Positions 38,374 to 49,198 of a DNA stretch of 64,000 bases are shown in pieces. Numbering within the stretch: position 1 is the stretch's first letter; every line of letters begins with the position of its first letter. The notes beneath the pieces are model-generated. The model had not been told where the DNA came from. It was given only the letters and a program-made list of their open reading frames with translations, and did no database searches. This stretch comes from an uncultured Bacillales bacterium (GTDB lineage: Bacteria > Bacillota_I > Bacilli_A > RFN20 > CAG-826), in NCBI GenBank assembly GCA_947302535.1, contig CAMYVX010000001.1, forward strand, positions 64,705 to 128,704. The letters run 5' to 3'. The position numbers and the translations under genes are program-made.

Positions 38374-39303
38374 ATGGAATGGCTTTATATCCTTCTAGGA
38401 ATCGTTGGTGGTTGTTTATTATTAATGATCATCTTCTCTTTGATTGTTTTTCATTTAGCAGTCAATCGCTATAGTTCCTGGAATACGGATAAAAATGAAG
38501 TCATTTTTTCTTTTTCTGAACCATTTAAATCTCAAGCTTATGAAGATTATGAATGGTATAAGAATAACGGCGAATGGGTTGATATTAAATCAAATGACAA
38601 TTTGACATTAAAAGCTAAATTATTTATTCACCCAAACGCAAAAAGAAATGTCATTATGATTCATGGCTATAGAGGGAAACCAGAATTTGATTTCTCTTTA
38701 AGCCATAGATGGTACTATAATCAAGAATCTAATGTCTTAATTATTTATCAAAGATCTCACGGACCAAGTGAAGGTAAATATATCACCTTTGGTATTTATG
38801 AACGAGATGATATCCATCTATGGGAAGAATATATGGAAAGATTAAATACTCTCCCTATATACCTTATAGGTATCTCTATGGGTGGAGCTGGTCTTATGAT
38901 GTCTTTTTATAAGCCTTATTCTTCTAGAGTAAAGGCCATTGTCGTAGATAGCGCTTATTATTCTATCCACGCTCAATTTGTAGATGAGATAGGTAAATTC
39001 GTTTCTAAACCAGTCGCTAGATTCTTTTTAATCTTCGCGAACTGGTGGTGTCGTCTATTTGCCCACTTCTCTATGAAACAAGTTGATACAAGAAAAATCA
39101 TGAAGGATATCAATATACCAGTCCTATTTGCTCATGGTGATTCAGATAAATTTGTAAAAGATTATCAAAGCAAAAGAAATTACGAGGCCTGTGATAGTTC
39201 TCATAAATACTATGTTCAAGGTCATGGAGCAGGACACGGATATACGTTTTTAACCGATGAACAAGAATATAAAGAAAAAGTGATAGAATTAATGAATTTA
39301 TAA
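38374..39303 (+). CDS. alpha/beta-fold hydrolase (membrane-anchored)
   Basis: N-terminal TM. IMIHGYRG. Nucleophile elbow GISMGG. C-terminal HG. Confidence 0.75.
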   Translation: MEWLYILLGIVGGCLLLMIIFSLIVFHLAVNRYSSWNTDKNEVIFSFSEPFKSQAYEDYEWYKNNGEWVDIKSNDNLTLKAKLFIHPNAKRNVIMIHGYRGKPEFDFSLSHRWYYNQESNVLIIYQRSHGPSEGKYITFGIYERDDIHLWEEYMERLNTLPIYLIGISMGGAGLMMSFYKPYSSRVKAIVVDSAYYSIHAQFVDEIGKFVSKPVARFFLIFANWWCRLFAHFSMKQVDTRKIMKDINIPVLFAHGDSDKFVKDYQSKRNYEACDSSHKYYVQGHGAGHGYTFLTDEQEYKEKVIELMNL

Positions 39304-39331
39304 TAAAAAATCCGTGTTTTAGACGGAAATT

Positions 39332-40213
39332 TTATAAGTCAGTAAGTTTTGGGAGTGATAATATTGCTCCCTTTTTACATACTGTTTTACTGCTACAAAG
39401 GGACGCAAATTCCATGGAGTAAGTAACGCTTTTCCCTTGAGATAAAGCTGTTAGGAACGCTCCGATGAAGGAGTCACCAGCACCAGTAGTGTCTACCGCT
39501 TTTACTTTATGAGCCTCAACTTTAACTTCTTCGTCTTTGTTTACTAGCAATGATCCATTTTCTCCTAAAGTGACAATAACATTCTTAACGCCGTACGCAA
39601 GTAAGGCCCTAGCTTTATCGCTATAAGAGATATCAACATCAACAAAACTATCTAATTCATGTTCATTAGGAATAAAGAAATCAATATAAGGGAATACTTC
39701 TTCAGGGAGTTCGTGATATGGAGCGGGATTTAATAAAGTAGTGCAACCATATTCTTTTGCTTTCTTTAAAGCATAAACGACAGTTTCCACAGGATTCTCT
39801 AATTGAATAAGGAAATAGTCCGCTTCCTTAAATAAGTTATCGATTTTATCGATATCTTCCTTATGTATATCTAAATTTGCTCCGGGAACAATAACGATTT
39901 GGTTTTCTCCTTGTATGGTATCAACGGTAATAGAAGCATAACCAGTTCCTTTATTTGATTCTTTTAATAAGCAATTAAGTCCTTGCTCTTTTAAAAAGGA
40001 AGAAGCATATTCACCGTTTTTATCTTTACCAAGTGTCCCATAGAAGATAACATCTCCACCTAAAAATAAAGATGCACAGGCTTGATTAGCCCCTTTACCA
40101 CCTACATTTGAGAAATATGATTTGCCAAATACAGTGGTGCCTTTAGAGGGCATAGTTTCGGTATAAACAACGTTATCTATAGAAATAGATCCAATAATTA
40201 ATATCTTAGCCAT
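39332..40213 (-). CDS. rbsK: ribokinase (PfkB family)
   Basis: GGKGANQA. DTTGAGDSFIGAF. Confidence 0.85.
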   Translation of the reverse strand: MAKILIIGSISIDNVVYTETMPSKGTTVFGKSYFSNVGGKGANQACASLFLGGDVIFYGTLGKDKNGEYASSFLKEQGLNCLLKESNKGTGYASITVDTIQGENQIVIVPGANLDIHKEDIDKIDNLFKEADYFLIQLENPVETVVYALKKAKEYGCTTLLNPAPYHELPEEVFPYIDFFIPNEHELDSFVDVDISYSDKARALLAYGVKNVIVTLGENGSLLVNKDEEVKVEAHKVKAVDTTGAGDSFIGAFLTALSQGKSVTYSMEFASLCSSKTVCKKGAILSLPKLTDL

Positions 40214-41135
40214 AATATTTGATTCCTTTTTCTAGGATATCCCAGAATTTATTAACATCAATATCAATAGCAACCCTGCAGTTAGCTTCTTTCTTTAAAT
40301 AGGAAAAGACATCACAGTTAGTTCTTCCATATGATGGTCCATGAGATAAATCTATTTCAACATTCATATCTTGATAAGTTAATAATGATTCATCAATTAA
40401 ACAAGCGATAGTGACTGGGTCATGTAAAGGAGCCGCTTCAATGCCGAAAGTTTTATTTTGGTTAGCGTTAAAGACTTCCATAAGTTTCGTAAACATATCG
40501 CTAGCCTTATTATTAATTTTTTCCATACGTTCAATAACTTGAGGAGTCACTAAGACTTGGCGAGTGATATTTAAACCAATCATTCTCGTCTTAATTCCGT
40601 TAGTTAAAACAATATGAGCAGCTTCTGGATCACAAAGAATATTAAACTCCGCTGCCGGGGAAATATTACCATTTGTTAATGAGCCGCCCATGAAAACTAT
40701 CTCTTCAATATGTGGGATAATTTCAGGTTCAGCTTTTATGGCTAAGGCAATATTAGTTAATGGGCCAGTAGCGACTATCGTGACTTTATCGTGTTTTAAA
40801 CACTCATTAATGATAAATTGATAAGCTTTTTCTTTTTCATAATGGTGTTCATATTTTGGAAAGATAAATCCATCTAATCCAGACTCTCCATGTATCTCTT
40901 CACAAATAATTCTATCTCTGACTAGAGGATTCTTTTCTCCAATAGCAATTGGGGCATTAATATTTAAAAAACTCGCAACATTAGCTGCATTTAAGGCTGT
41001 TTTTCGAATTGTTTGATTTCCTGCGATGACTGTAATTCCAAGTAAGTTGATATTAGGAGCGTAACCAGCGAGTAGTATAGCCATTGCGTCATCATGACCG
41101 GGGTCGCAATCTAAAATAACATTAATCTTATTCAT
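40206..41135 (-). CDS. ribonucleoside hydrolase (IunH/RihA family)
   Basis: N-terminal DCDPGHDD aspartate cluster. Co-oriented and overlapping with the ribokinase gene. Confidence 0.85.
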   Translation of the reverse strand: MNKINVILDCDPGHDDAMAILLAGYAPNINLLGITVIAGNQTIRKTALNAANVASFLNINAPIAIGEKNPLVRDRIICEEIHGESGLDGFIFPKYEHHYEKEKAYQFIINECLKHDKVTIVATGPLTNIALAIKAEPEIIPHIEEIVFMGGSLTNGNISPAAEFNILCDPEAAHIVLTNGIKTRMIGLNITRQVLVTPQVIERMEKINNKASDMFTKLMEVFNANQNKTFGIEAAPLHDPVTIACLIDESLLTYQDMNVEIDLSHGPSYGRTNCDVFSYLKKEANCRVAIDIDVNKFWDILEKGIKYYG

Positions 41136-41688
41136 ATTTGTCCTCCAGTTTTAAGAAGAAAAATCTTATAAATAGAATTACAGCGTAGGAATAAAATACA
41201 ACTGAAGTGACTATTAAATGTACTTTAATTCCTTCTTCTGTATGGATACATAATAAAATACCAAAGACTAATGTAAGTAAGGTTAATAATACATCAGGAA
41301 TCATATGATATTTTAATACTTTAATCTCTTGATATTTTTCAATTAATTCTAATCCTGCTTTAGCTATTTCAAATATACCCCAAATTAGACATGCGGTGTC
41401 TAAAGATAAACCAAATGTTGAACCTACTATGAAGAAGATTCCTAGAGCAATTTCTATGAGCGCGAAGATAAAGTCATGGATATACTTTCCGCCTTTATGT
41501 TCACTTGCATAATGGTATAGCACTTCAATGGTTCCTGCCCCCGCTAATATGATTCCTAGTGGGATTAATTCATATTCTTCTTTGGTAAATGCCAATATGA
41601 TAACCGCAGTGGCTCCAAATAAATATAGAAGTACTGTAATAATCTTAAGAGAAAAGATAAATTTACTATTCTTTTTAATTGTTTCCAT
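41128..41688 (-). CDS. hypothetical polytopic membrane protein
   Basis: Four or five predicted TM helices. No catalytic motif. Confidence 0.5.
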   Translation of the reverse strand: METIKKNSKFIFSLKIITVLLYLFGATAVIILAFTKEEYELIPLGIILAGAGTIEVLYHYASEHKGGKYIHDFIFALIEIALGIFFIVGSTFGLSLDTACLIWGIFEIAKAGLELIEKYQEIKVLKYHMIPDVLLTLLTLVFGILLCIHTEEGIKVHLIVTSVVFYSYAVILFIRFFFLKLEDKYE

Positions 41689-42893
41689 TAATCTATCCTC
41701 ACTAGTGAAATCACAACATCAATCATTTTATTAAATTCTTGAACATCTAAAAACTCATAACGGCCGTGGTGGTTGTAACTACCAGTTCCAAGATTAGGTG
41801 TTACTAATCCCATTTTAGAGAATGTAGCGCCATCCGTTCCACCTTTAATCTTTTTATATTTAGGTGTTATCCCGTTTTCTTTTAGAGCCTTTTCTGCTAA
41901 AGCGCATGGCCGTGGATCTTTATCTACAAATTGCTTCATATTTTCATATTGTTCTTTTATTTCAACATCAACATGAGCGGTTGGATATTTAGCGTTAACT
42001 TTGTTAACTGCTTCAACGATTAATTCTTTTCTTCTTTGAATGCCTTCCTTTGAGAAATCTCTTAAAATCATGCTTAAAGAGCAGATTTCATTATTACCAT
42101 TAACATCGTTAACATGCCAATAACCTCCATCTTCTTTAGCGTAATAAGGAGTTTCATTGCTTGGCAAATTATCAATGACCTCACTTAATAAGAGGAAAGC
42201 ATTAATTAATGTATTTGTTCCTTCTCCTGGATGAACAGCGACGCCATGCGCCTTTAAATGAACACCTAAGGCGTTATAGTTTTCATTCTCTATTGTGTCT
42301 ATATAAGAGCCATCAATTGTAAAGGCATAATCCGCATCCATTTTCTTTAAATCAAAATGTAGTGGGCCTTCTCCGATTTCTTCATCAGGAGTAAACGCCA
42401 CAGAGATATTTTTATGTTTGATTTCTGGATGAGCCTTTAAGAAGGCTAAGGCCCCCATAATAATAGCTATACCAGCTTTATCATCTGCACCTAAAAGAGT
42501 ATTTCCATCAGTAACAATTAAATCATGACCAATATGTTCTTTCATATGGGGGAACTGCTTTACTTCTAATGTGTATTTCTCACTTAACTTAATATTCTCA
42601 CCATCATATTTTTCAACTAGACGAGGATTTACACCTTTTCCAGTGACTTCTAGAGCAGTATCAACATGAGCATTTAAACCAATCCTATCACCTTCACCTT
42701 TTAAATGAGCATAGACCACTCCAAATTCATCTAAATAGGCATCAGTTAAATCAAGTTCTTTTAACTGTTTAACTAATAATCTAGATAGATCTTTTTGCTT
42801 TTCTGTTGATGGAGTTGTTCCGGCTTTATCATTTGATTGGGTATCAATTTTGACATACTCTATAAATCTTTTTAAATTCTCATCCATAATCAT
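41688..42893 (-). CDS. pepT: peptidase T (tripeptide aminopeptidase, M20B)
   Basis: GADDKAGIAIIMGA. PDEEIG. N-terminal IEYVKIDTQS. Confidence 0.9.
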   Translation of the reverse strand: MIMDENLKRFIEYVKIDTQSNDKAGTTPSTEKQKDLSRLLVKQLKELDLTDAYLDEFGVVYAHLKGEGDRIGLNAHVDTALEVTGKGVNPRLVEKYDGENIKLSEKYTLEVKQFPHMKEHIGHDLIVTDGNTLLGADDKAGIAIIMGALAFLKAHPEIKHKNISVAFTPDEEIGEGPLHFDLKKMDADYAFTIDGSYIDTIENENYNALGVHLKAHGVAVHPGEGTNTLINAFLLLSEVIDNLPSNETPYYAKEDGGYWHVNDVNGNNEICSLSMILRDFSKEGIQRRKELIVEAVNKVNAKYPTAHVDVEIKEQYENMKQFVDKDPRPCALAEKALKENGITPKYKKIKGGTDGATFSKMGLVTPNLGTGSYNHHGRYEFLDVQEFNKMIDVVISLVRID

Positions 42894-42928
42894 TTTTCCT
42901 TTAAAAATACGTTTAAATTGCTAGTTTT

Positions 42929-44917
42929 TTATTCAAATTCCACTGAACCAGTATAAAGTTGATAATACATTCCTCTTTGTTTAATGAGGTCGTCATGACT
43001 ACCTCTTTCAATAATGTGACCGTGGTCTAAAACCATAATCGCATCGCTATTTTGTACAGTGGATAATCTATGAGCAATAACAAAGACAGTTCTTCCTTTC
43101 ATAAGGCCATCCATGCCATCAGAAACAAGCTTTTCTGTTCTTGTATCAATAGAGGAAGTAGCTTCATCAAGAATCATCACTGGTGCGTCAGCAACAGCCG
43201 CTCGAGCAATAGAAATTAATTGTCTTTGCCCTTGAGATAAGTTACTACCATCTCCTTCTAAGACTGTATTAAAACCTTCAGGTAAACGAGAAATGAAGTC
43301 ATAAGCATTAGCGATTTTGGCAGCTTTATATACTTCTTCATCAGTAGCGTCTAATTTACCGTACCTAATGTTATCCATTACTGTTCCAGTAAATAGGTTG
43401 GTATCTTGTAAGACAATACCTAATGAACGTCTTAAATCTGCCTTTTTAATTTTATTAATATTGATTCCATCATAACGGATCTTACCATCCGCGATGTTAT
43501 AGAAACGATTAATTAAATTAGTAATAGTGGTTTTACCCGCGCCTGTCGCACCCACAAAGGCAATCTTTTGTCCTGGGTGAGCATAGATACTAACGTTATG
43601 CAAAACTAATTTATCTTGTACATAGCCAAAGTCAACGTCAGTTAAGACGATATCACCTTTAAGTTCTGTATATGTTAAGGAGCCATCGGCTTTATGAGGA
43701 TGTTTCCATGCATAATCATGGGTATGATAATCTACTTCTTCTATAGATCCATCTTCATGTTTAACAATATTAACTAAAGTAACATAGCCATCATCTTCTT
43801 CAATCTTTTCATCAAGTAAGTCAAAGCAGCGTGAAGCGCCCGCCATACCCATAACGATAAAGGTAACTTGTTGCGAGAATTGGGAGACGTTATTAGTAAA
43901 CATTCTTGTTAATAATAAGAAGGATACTAATGTGGCATAGAATGCTTCTTTCTCCATTACGTGGATACCAGTTAAGGTAAAGTTATTGAAGTTAGGAGTA
44001 ACATAAATAATACAACCCATAATAGCCACAAGAACGTACATAATATTTCCAATATTACCATTAATAGGCATTGTAATATTACCGTGGATATTTGCTTCAG
44101 TAGAAGCTTCACATAATTCATTATTTATAGTGTCAAATTCTTCCGCTGATTTTTCTTCATGAGAGAAGACTTTGATAACTTTTAATCCTCTAATGGATTC
44201 TTGGATATTGCCTTCAACTTTACCCACAATCATTTGTTGCTTCATAAAGTACTTCGCGCTTCTTCCACCGATAATCTTGGTATTTAAGAACATAGCGATC
44301 AATCCTAACAAGACCACTAATGTCATATAGATACTATTAATCATCATCATGGTTAATGTGAATAAGACCGCTAAACCAGTTCTAAGCATTTCTGGCAGGG
44401 ACTGAGAAATGAATTGACGGATAGTATCAATATCATTTGTATACATGGACATGATGTCCCCGTGAGCGTGTGTATCAAAATATTTAATCGGTAAATCCTG
44501 CATATGATTAAACATTTCTTTTCTCATTTTGTTTTGGAATTGTTGAGTAGTGATAGCCATCATACGTGCCCACCACCAAGCAGCAAAAACACCAATCGCG
44601 TATATAATAATTAAAATAATTAACAGAATAGAAACATTGCTCTTAATAGTGATACTTCCACCCATAACTGATGCTGGGTAAGTTTTTGTAATATCAAAAG
44701 GATTAACCGCGCCTTCATTAGAAACAATCGTAGTGGTTAATACGCCTGTTACTAATCCCGCAAAGATAGAACTTGATAAGTTAGCGATAACATTAAAAAC
44801 AATACAAATAGCAACAATAACCATTCTCCATGGATAAAGTTTAAATAGTTTTTTGACAAGGCGTTTCATTGTGCCTTTTTTGGCACGGCCTGCTTCTCTA
44901 ATTCTTACAGGTGGCAT
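42929..44917 (-). CDS. ABC transporter, fused permease/ATP-binding subunit (second half of a heterodimeric multidrug-type exporter)
   Basis: Six-TM N-terminal domain. Walker A GATGAGKTT. Signature LSQGQRQLISIARA. Walker B ILDEATS. The start overlaps the upstream gene's stop by one nucleotide (TAATG). Confidence 0.85.
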   Translation of the reverse strand: MPPVRIREAGRAKKGTMKRLVKKLFKLYPWRMVIVAICIVFNVIANLSSSIFAGLVTGVLTTTIVSNEGAVNPFDITKTYPASVMGGSITIKSNVSILLIILIIIYAIGVFAAWWWARMMAITTQQFQNKMRKEMFNHMQDLPIKYFDTHAHGDIMSMYTNDIDTIRQFISQSLPEMLRTGLAVLFTLTMMMINSIYMTLVVLLGLIAMFLNTKIIGGRSAKYFMKQQMIVGKVEGNIQESIRGLKVIKVFSHEEKSAEEFDTINNELCEASTEANIHGNITMPINGNIGNIMYVLVAIMGCIIYVTPNFNNFTLTGIHVMEKEAFYATLVSFLLLTRMFTNNVSQFSQQVTFIVMGMAGASRCFDLLDEKIEEDDGYVTLVNIVKHEDGSIEEVDYHTHDYAWKHPHKADGSLTYTELKGDIVLTDVDFGYVQDKLVLHNVSIYAHPGQKIAFVGATGAGKTTITNLINRFYNIADGKIRYDGININKIKKADLRRSLGIVLQDTNLFTGTVMDNIRYGKLDATDEEVYKAAKIANAYDFISRLPEGFNTVLEGDGSNLSQGQRQLISIARAAVADAPVMILDEATSSIDTRTEKLVSDGMDGLMKGRTVFVIAHRLSTVQNSDAIMVLDHGHIIERGSHDDLIKQRGMYYQLYTGSVEFE

Positions 44918-46752
44918 TACTCATTACCTCCTACTCTATTTTGTGTATGATAGATTTCTTGATAAATTGGATTGTTCTTTAAAAGTTCTTCACTAGTTCC
45001 AATGGCGTTAATATGACCGTCTTCCATAATGATGATTTGATCAGCGTCTTCTATAGAAGAAATACGTTGGGCGATGACAATTTTAGTCATCTCTGGCAAG
45101 TCCTCTTTTAATGCTTTTCTAATTAATCTATCAGTCTTTGTATCAACAGCGCTGGTGGAGTCATCTAGAATTAATACCTTAGGTTTCTTTAAAATAGCGC
45201 GTGCAATACAAAGTCTTTGTTTTTGCCCTCCGGAGAAGTTATTTCCTCCTTCTTCGACGCGTGTCTTATATCCATCTTTAAATGTATCAATGAATTCTTG
45301 CGCTTGAGCGATAGTGCAAGCTTTTTTCATTTCTTCTTCGCTAGCGTTGATATCTCCCCACTTGAGGTTTGATTCAATCGTGCCTGAGAATAAAACGTTC
45401 TTTTGTAAGACGACAGCGACTGCGTCTCTTAAAGAAACTAGGTCATAATCTTTAACGTTATGGTCCCCAACAAGAACCTCACCTTCACTGACGTCATATA
45501 AACGAGAAATGAGATTGATAACACTAGTCTTTCCTGAACCAGTTGTTCCTAAAATTCCAATAAATTGTCCGCTTTTTACGGTTAAATTAATATTTTCTAA
45601 CGTGTTTTTCTCGGCTTCTGGTTTATATTTGAATCTCACGTTATTGAATGTGATATCTCCATTTTTAACTTCATAGATTGGGTTTTCTGGATTAACAATC
45701 GAAGGTTCTTCTTTAAGCACTTCACCAATTCTTCTCACTGATTCAATAGATAAAACAAGCATAACCATAATCATGGATATCATCATGACACTCGTTAAGA
45801 TTTGGATACCATAAGTAATAAGAGATGACATTTGTCCAATGGTTAAACTTCCAAATAAGATTTCTATTGAACCATCTGGTTTACGTTGAATACCTTCTAC
45901 GGATGTGGCGATGATGTATGAGCCAATCGCGATAACTAAAACGTTAGAAACGTGAATCGCTGTATTCATGATTGGTCCATTAAGGGCGACAATCTTTTCA
46001 CCTTTGACAAAGTCATAGGTGATTTCGTCGCTTGCCTTATTGAATTTATCCTTTTCATAGTCTTCTCTTACGTATGCTTTGACAACACGTATACCGTTAA
46101 CATTTTCTTGAACAGATTGATTGAGTTTATCAAAACGTTTAAAGACTCTTCTAAATATCTTCATTGCACCTTTTACAACAAAGAATAGTCCTAAACCCGT
46201 GACCACAACTAGACCGATGAATATCCAGGCTAGAGACCCGCCAGTGACAAAGGCCATGATGGACGCAAATATCATCATTAATGGGGCACGTATAACGATA
46301 CGTATCATCATTTGGAATGACATTTGTACATAAGATATATCAGTGGTCATTCTTGTTATTAAGGAGGAGGCTGAGAATTTATCAATATTCGCAAATGAGA
46401 AAGATTGTATCTTTCTATATAAGTCACCTCTAAGGTTAGCCGCCATACCAACGGATGCTTTAGCGGCGTATCTTCCACCCATAATTCCTGAGAATAACGA
46501 ACCAAAGGTGATAAGAATTAACACCATGATTAAACCAAAGACAGAAACTGAGATATTGAACTTATCATAGTTATAAGTGGTCATAATGTCGTTAACATCG
46601 GTAATCTTTTCAATCGTATCGATTAACATTGACATAACAAAAGGAAGCAAAGTCTCTAACAAGACTTCTATTATCATGAATATAGGAGTAATTAAGGCAT
46701 ATTTTTTGTACTGCCTCACTGACGATAAGATTAATTTAATACTTTCTTTCAT
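44917..46752 (-). CDS. ABC transporter, fused permease/ATP-binding subunit (first half of heterodimeric exporter)
   Basis: Walker A GTTGSGKTS. Signature FSGGQKQRLCIARA. Walker B ILDDSTSAVD. Confidence 0.85.
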   Translation of the reverse strand: MKESIKLILSSVRQYKKYALITPIFMIIEVLLETLLPFVMSMLIDTIEKITDVNDIMTTYNYDKFNISVSVFGLIMVLILITFGSLFSGIMGGRYAAKASVGMAANLRGDLYRKIQSFSFANIDKFSASSLITRMTTDISYVQMSFQMMIRIVIRAPLMMIFASIMAFVTGGSLAWIFIGLVVVTGLGLFFVVKGAMKIFRRVFKRFDKLNQSVQENVNGIRVVKAYVREDYEKDKFNKASDEITYDFVKGEKIVALNGPIMNTAIHVSNVLVIAIGSYIIATSVEGIQRKPDGSIEILFGSLTIGQMSSLITYGIQILTSVMMISMIMVMLVLSIESVRRIGEVLKEEPSIVNPENPIYEVKNGDITFNNVRFKYKPEAEKNTLENINLTVKSGQFIGILGTTGSGKTSVINLISRLYDVSEGEVLVGDHNVKDYDLVSLRDAVAVVLQKNVLFSGTIESNLKWGDINASEEEMKKACTIAQAQEFIDTFKDGYKTRVEEGGNNFSGGQKQRLCIARAILKKPKVLILDDSTSAVDTKTDRLIRKALKEDLPEMTKIVIAQRISSIEDADQIIIMEDGHINAIGTSEELLKNNPIYQEIYHTQNRVGGNE

Positions 46753-47186
46753 AAGTGATCCTCCTCCATATTTTTAATGAGCAATTTGAGATTTTCTTCA
46801 ATGCTTTTTTGTTTTTCCTTATCTATATTTTTAAATAATTTATTAATAGTGATTTCTCTTTTACTTTGTACATCCTCAATAACTGCTTTGCCTTTATCAG
46901 TTGTTTCTATGGAAGGATAACGACCTTTATGTATTTTCTTGAGAAATCCATTTTTAATTAGTCTTTTAACGAGTCCAGATACTGTAGATTTTGATAAAGC
47001 AAAGTGCTGTTCAATATCTATTTGATGAACCTCGCTTGATAAATCAACATTATGATGATACACATAGAAAAGTATTCTTCCTTGTTGAGAAGTTAAATCG
47101 TGTAAAGATAAACGCTTGTCTAAATCTTCACGAATCTTCTTATCTAATTCCTTAATGTAAAAAAGAATGTCTTTTGCTTTTTCCAT
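46749..47186 (-). CDS. MarR-family transcriptional regulator
   Basis: wHTH segment LSSEVHQIDIEQHFALSKSTVSGLVKRLIKNGFLKK. Lies upstream of the ABC exporter pair. Confidence 0.85.
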   Translation of the reverse strand: MEKAKDILFYIKELDKKIREDLDKRLSLHDLTSQQGRILFYVYHHNVDLSSEVHQIDIEQHFALSKSTVSGLVKRLIKNGFLKKIHKGRYPSIETTDKGKAVIEDVQSKREITINKLFKNIDKEKQKSIEENLKLLIKNMEEDHL

Positions 47187-47209
47187 AATGATGCATATCT
47201 ATTATCAAC

Positions 47210-47223
47210 GTTCGCATGCGAAC
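47210..47223. promoter_or_regulatory. perfect 14-bp palindrome GTTCGCATGCGAAC in the marR / metalloprotease divergent intergenic region (candidate MarR operator)
   Basis: Read directly from the sequence. It is its own reverse complement. Confidence 0.45.
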
Positions 47224-47276
47224 TTGTCAAATACATTTTATTTAAAATGTGAATTTGTTATCATATTAAAGTACTT

Positions 47277-48821
47277 ATGAAATTAAAGAATCGTTTACTT
47301 ATTGCTATATCGTTACTCGGAGGAATTGCTTTATCTTCTTGTCTTTCCTATTGGGGTAAAGATTCTTATAACTCCTTGGATGATTTAATGATAAATGAAA
47401 CAGCGATGGATAGAACTTATCATGATTATACCGAGAATAGTTATTTTAAAATTGATAGCACCCCATCCCTAGGAAATCCTAAACTCTTAGTAGTGCCCAT
47501 TTGGTTTAGCGATTCATCCGCTTATATTTCTCCAAATAATAAAGAAGATATTAGGTACGATATATATCAAGCCTATTTTGGTAACACTGGCTGGTATAGT
47601 GTTCGTTCTTATTATGAAAAAGAGAGCCGCGGAAACTTATCTTTAGGAGGCACTGTTTCTCCTTGGTATGAATGCAACAAAGCCTCATCTTATTTTTATA
47701 CGAATAATAAGGCTACGAATAATTTGGTGTGCGAAGTAGTGGATTGGTATTTCTCTTTAGAAGATAGTGAAGAGAGAACTAGTTTTGATTTTGACACGAA
47801 TGGCTATTTAGATGGAGTCATGCTTATTTATGCTTCCCCTGATTATGTTTCTTTAGGAAACAATAATGCCTCAAATATGTGGGCATATTGCTATTGGTTG
47901 CAAGATAGCAGTCAACAAGACCGCTGTAAACCTGGACCTAATACGTTCTTCTGGGCTAGTTATGATTTTATGTATGACGAAGCTACTTCAGGAAAAAGAA
48001 CCGGAAGAAGTAGCTATGCTAGAGGAGACAATTCCTACTGCACGATTGATACCCATACTTATATTCATGAAATGGGTCACTGCTTTGGCTTAGAAGATTA
48101 TTATGATTATTCTGATAATGCTTATAACCCAGCGGGTGGATTCTCTATGCAGGATTTAAATATCGGTGGGCATGATCCTTATTCTGTTCTAGCTTTAGGC
48201 TGGAGCAAGGCTTATATACCTACAGAATCTGGTAAAATCACCATTCACGATTTCCAATCTAGTCATGATTTAATTTTATTAACTGATAGTTTTAATGCGA
48301 GCAAATCGCCCTTTGATGAATATTTATTACTCGAATTATATACACCCACTGATTTAAATGAGTTGGACGCTAAACATTCCTATATGGGTAAATACCCAAC
48401 TGGTTCATTTAAACCTGGAATTAGATTATGGCATGTTGATGCTCGTTTAGTACAAGTAGTTGGAGATTCCACGATTAATCTAACTCCTAAATATGACCCA
48501 CGTGTTGGCAATGTCATTTTTATGATGAGTAATACATATGATGATGGAACAAACAATCCTTATATGACACCTTTAGGAAAAGACTACGCAAATTACAATT
48601 TGCTCCAATACATTAGAAATGACACAAAAGAAACTTATAAGAGTAATTCCATGCTAAGTTATCGTGATTTATTCCTAGAAGGTGATACATTCACTATGGA
48701 AGATTATCAAGATCAATTTGTAAGAGGAACTCGCCTTAATAGCGGCGCTAATCTTGGATGGTCATTTAAAGTCATGTCTTTATCTAATACAACCGCCACC
48801 ATTGCGGTGAAGAAAGCTTAA
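47277..48821 (+). CDS. lipoprotein, putative zinc metallopeptidase (HExxH-xx-GLxDxY; M6/M64-like)
   Basis: Lipobox LLGGIALSSC. The HEMGHCFGLEDYYD zincin motif. Confidence 0.55.
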   Translation: MKLKNRLLIAISLLGGIALSSCLSYWGKDSYNSLDDLMINETAMDRTYHDYTENSYFKIDSTPSLGNPKLLVVPIWFSDSSAYISPNNKEDIRYDIYQAYFGNTGWYSVRSYYEKESRGNLSLGGTVSPWYECNKASSYFYTNNKATNNLVCEVVDWYFSLEDSEERTSFDFDTNGYLDGVMLIYASPDYVSLGNNNASNMWAYCYWLQDSSQQDRCKPGPNTFFWASYDFMYDEATSGKRTGRSSYARGDNSYCTIDTHTYIHEMGHCFGLEDYYDYSDNAYNPAGGFSMQDLNIGGHDPYSVLALGWSKAYIPTESGKITIHDFQSSHDLILLTDSFNASKSPFDEYLLLELYTPTDLNELDAKHSYMGKYPTGSFKPGIRLWHVDARLVQVVGDSTINLTPKYDPRVGNVIFMMSNTYDDGTNNPYMTPLGKDYANYNLLQYIRNDTKETYKSNSMLSYRDLFLEGDTFTMEDYQDQFVRGTRLNSGANLGWSFKVMSLSNTTATIAVKKA

Positions 48822-49198
48822 AGCCTAAACCATACAAATGGTAAGGGAATAATAATCCTCTTTTTGTTTTAAAATAACCATCAATTTGAATTATGTAATT
48901 ATCAATATAAATTTTATTTTTCCTTTCAATCAATTTGATAAATTTATTCAAATAATAGCAATTTTGCTGTTAAAACTAACTAAAAAGCCAATTTTTTTGT
49001 AGTTATTTCTTAATTAATAAGTCTAGTTTTTTTTATTTCAAAACTAAGTACTAAAGATTTAAAGTTAACCTCTATCGCTTTAAGAACTGATATCTAATTT
49101 ATTTAGATTTAACCACTATAATTTTTATAAAAAATTCACATGTATACGTAGATGTGTTATAGTGTTCTTAACATATTTTAGTTTTAAGAGGTACGATT

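Noticed and set aside
48822-49198. Long AT-rich spacer upstream of the first pullulanase, as a possible mobile-element end or small RNA
   Set aside because: No inverted repeats, direct repeats or structured hairpins were evident. It is most simply a promoter or UTR region. The only candidate hairpin near 48850 is weak.
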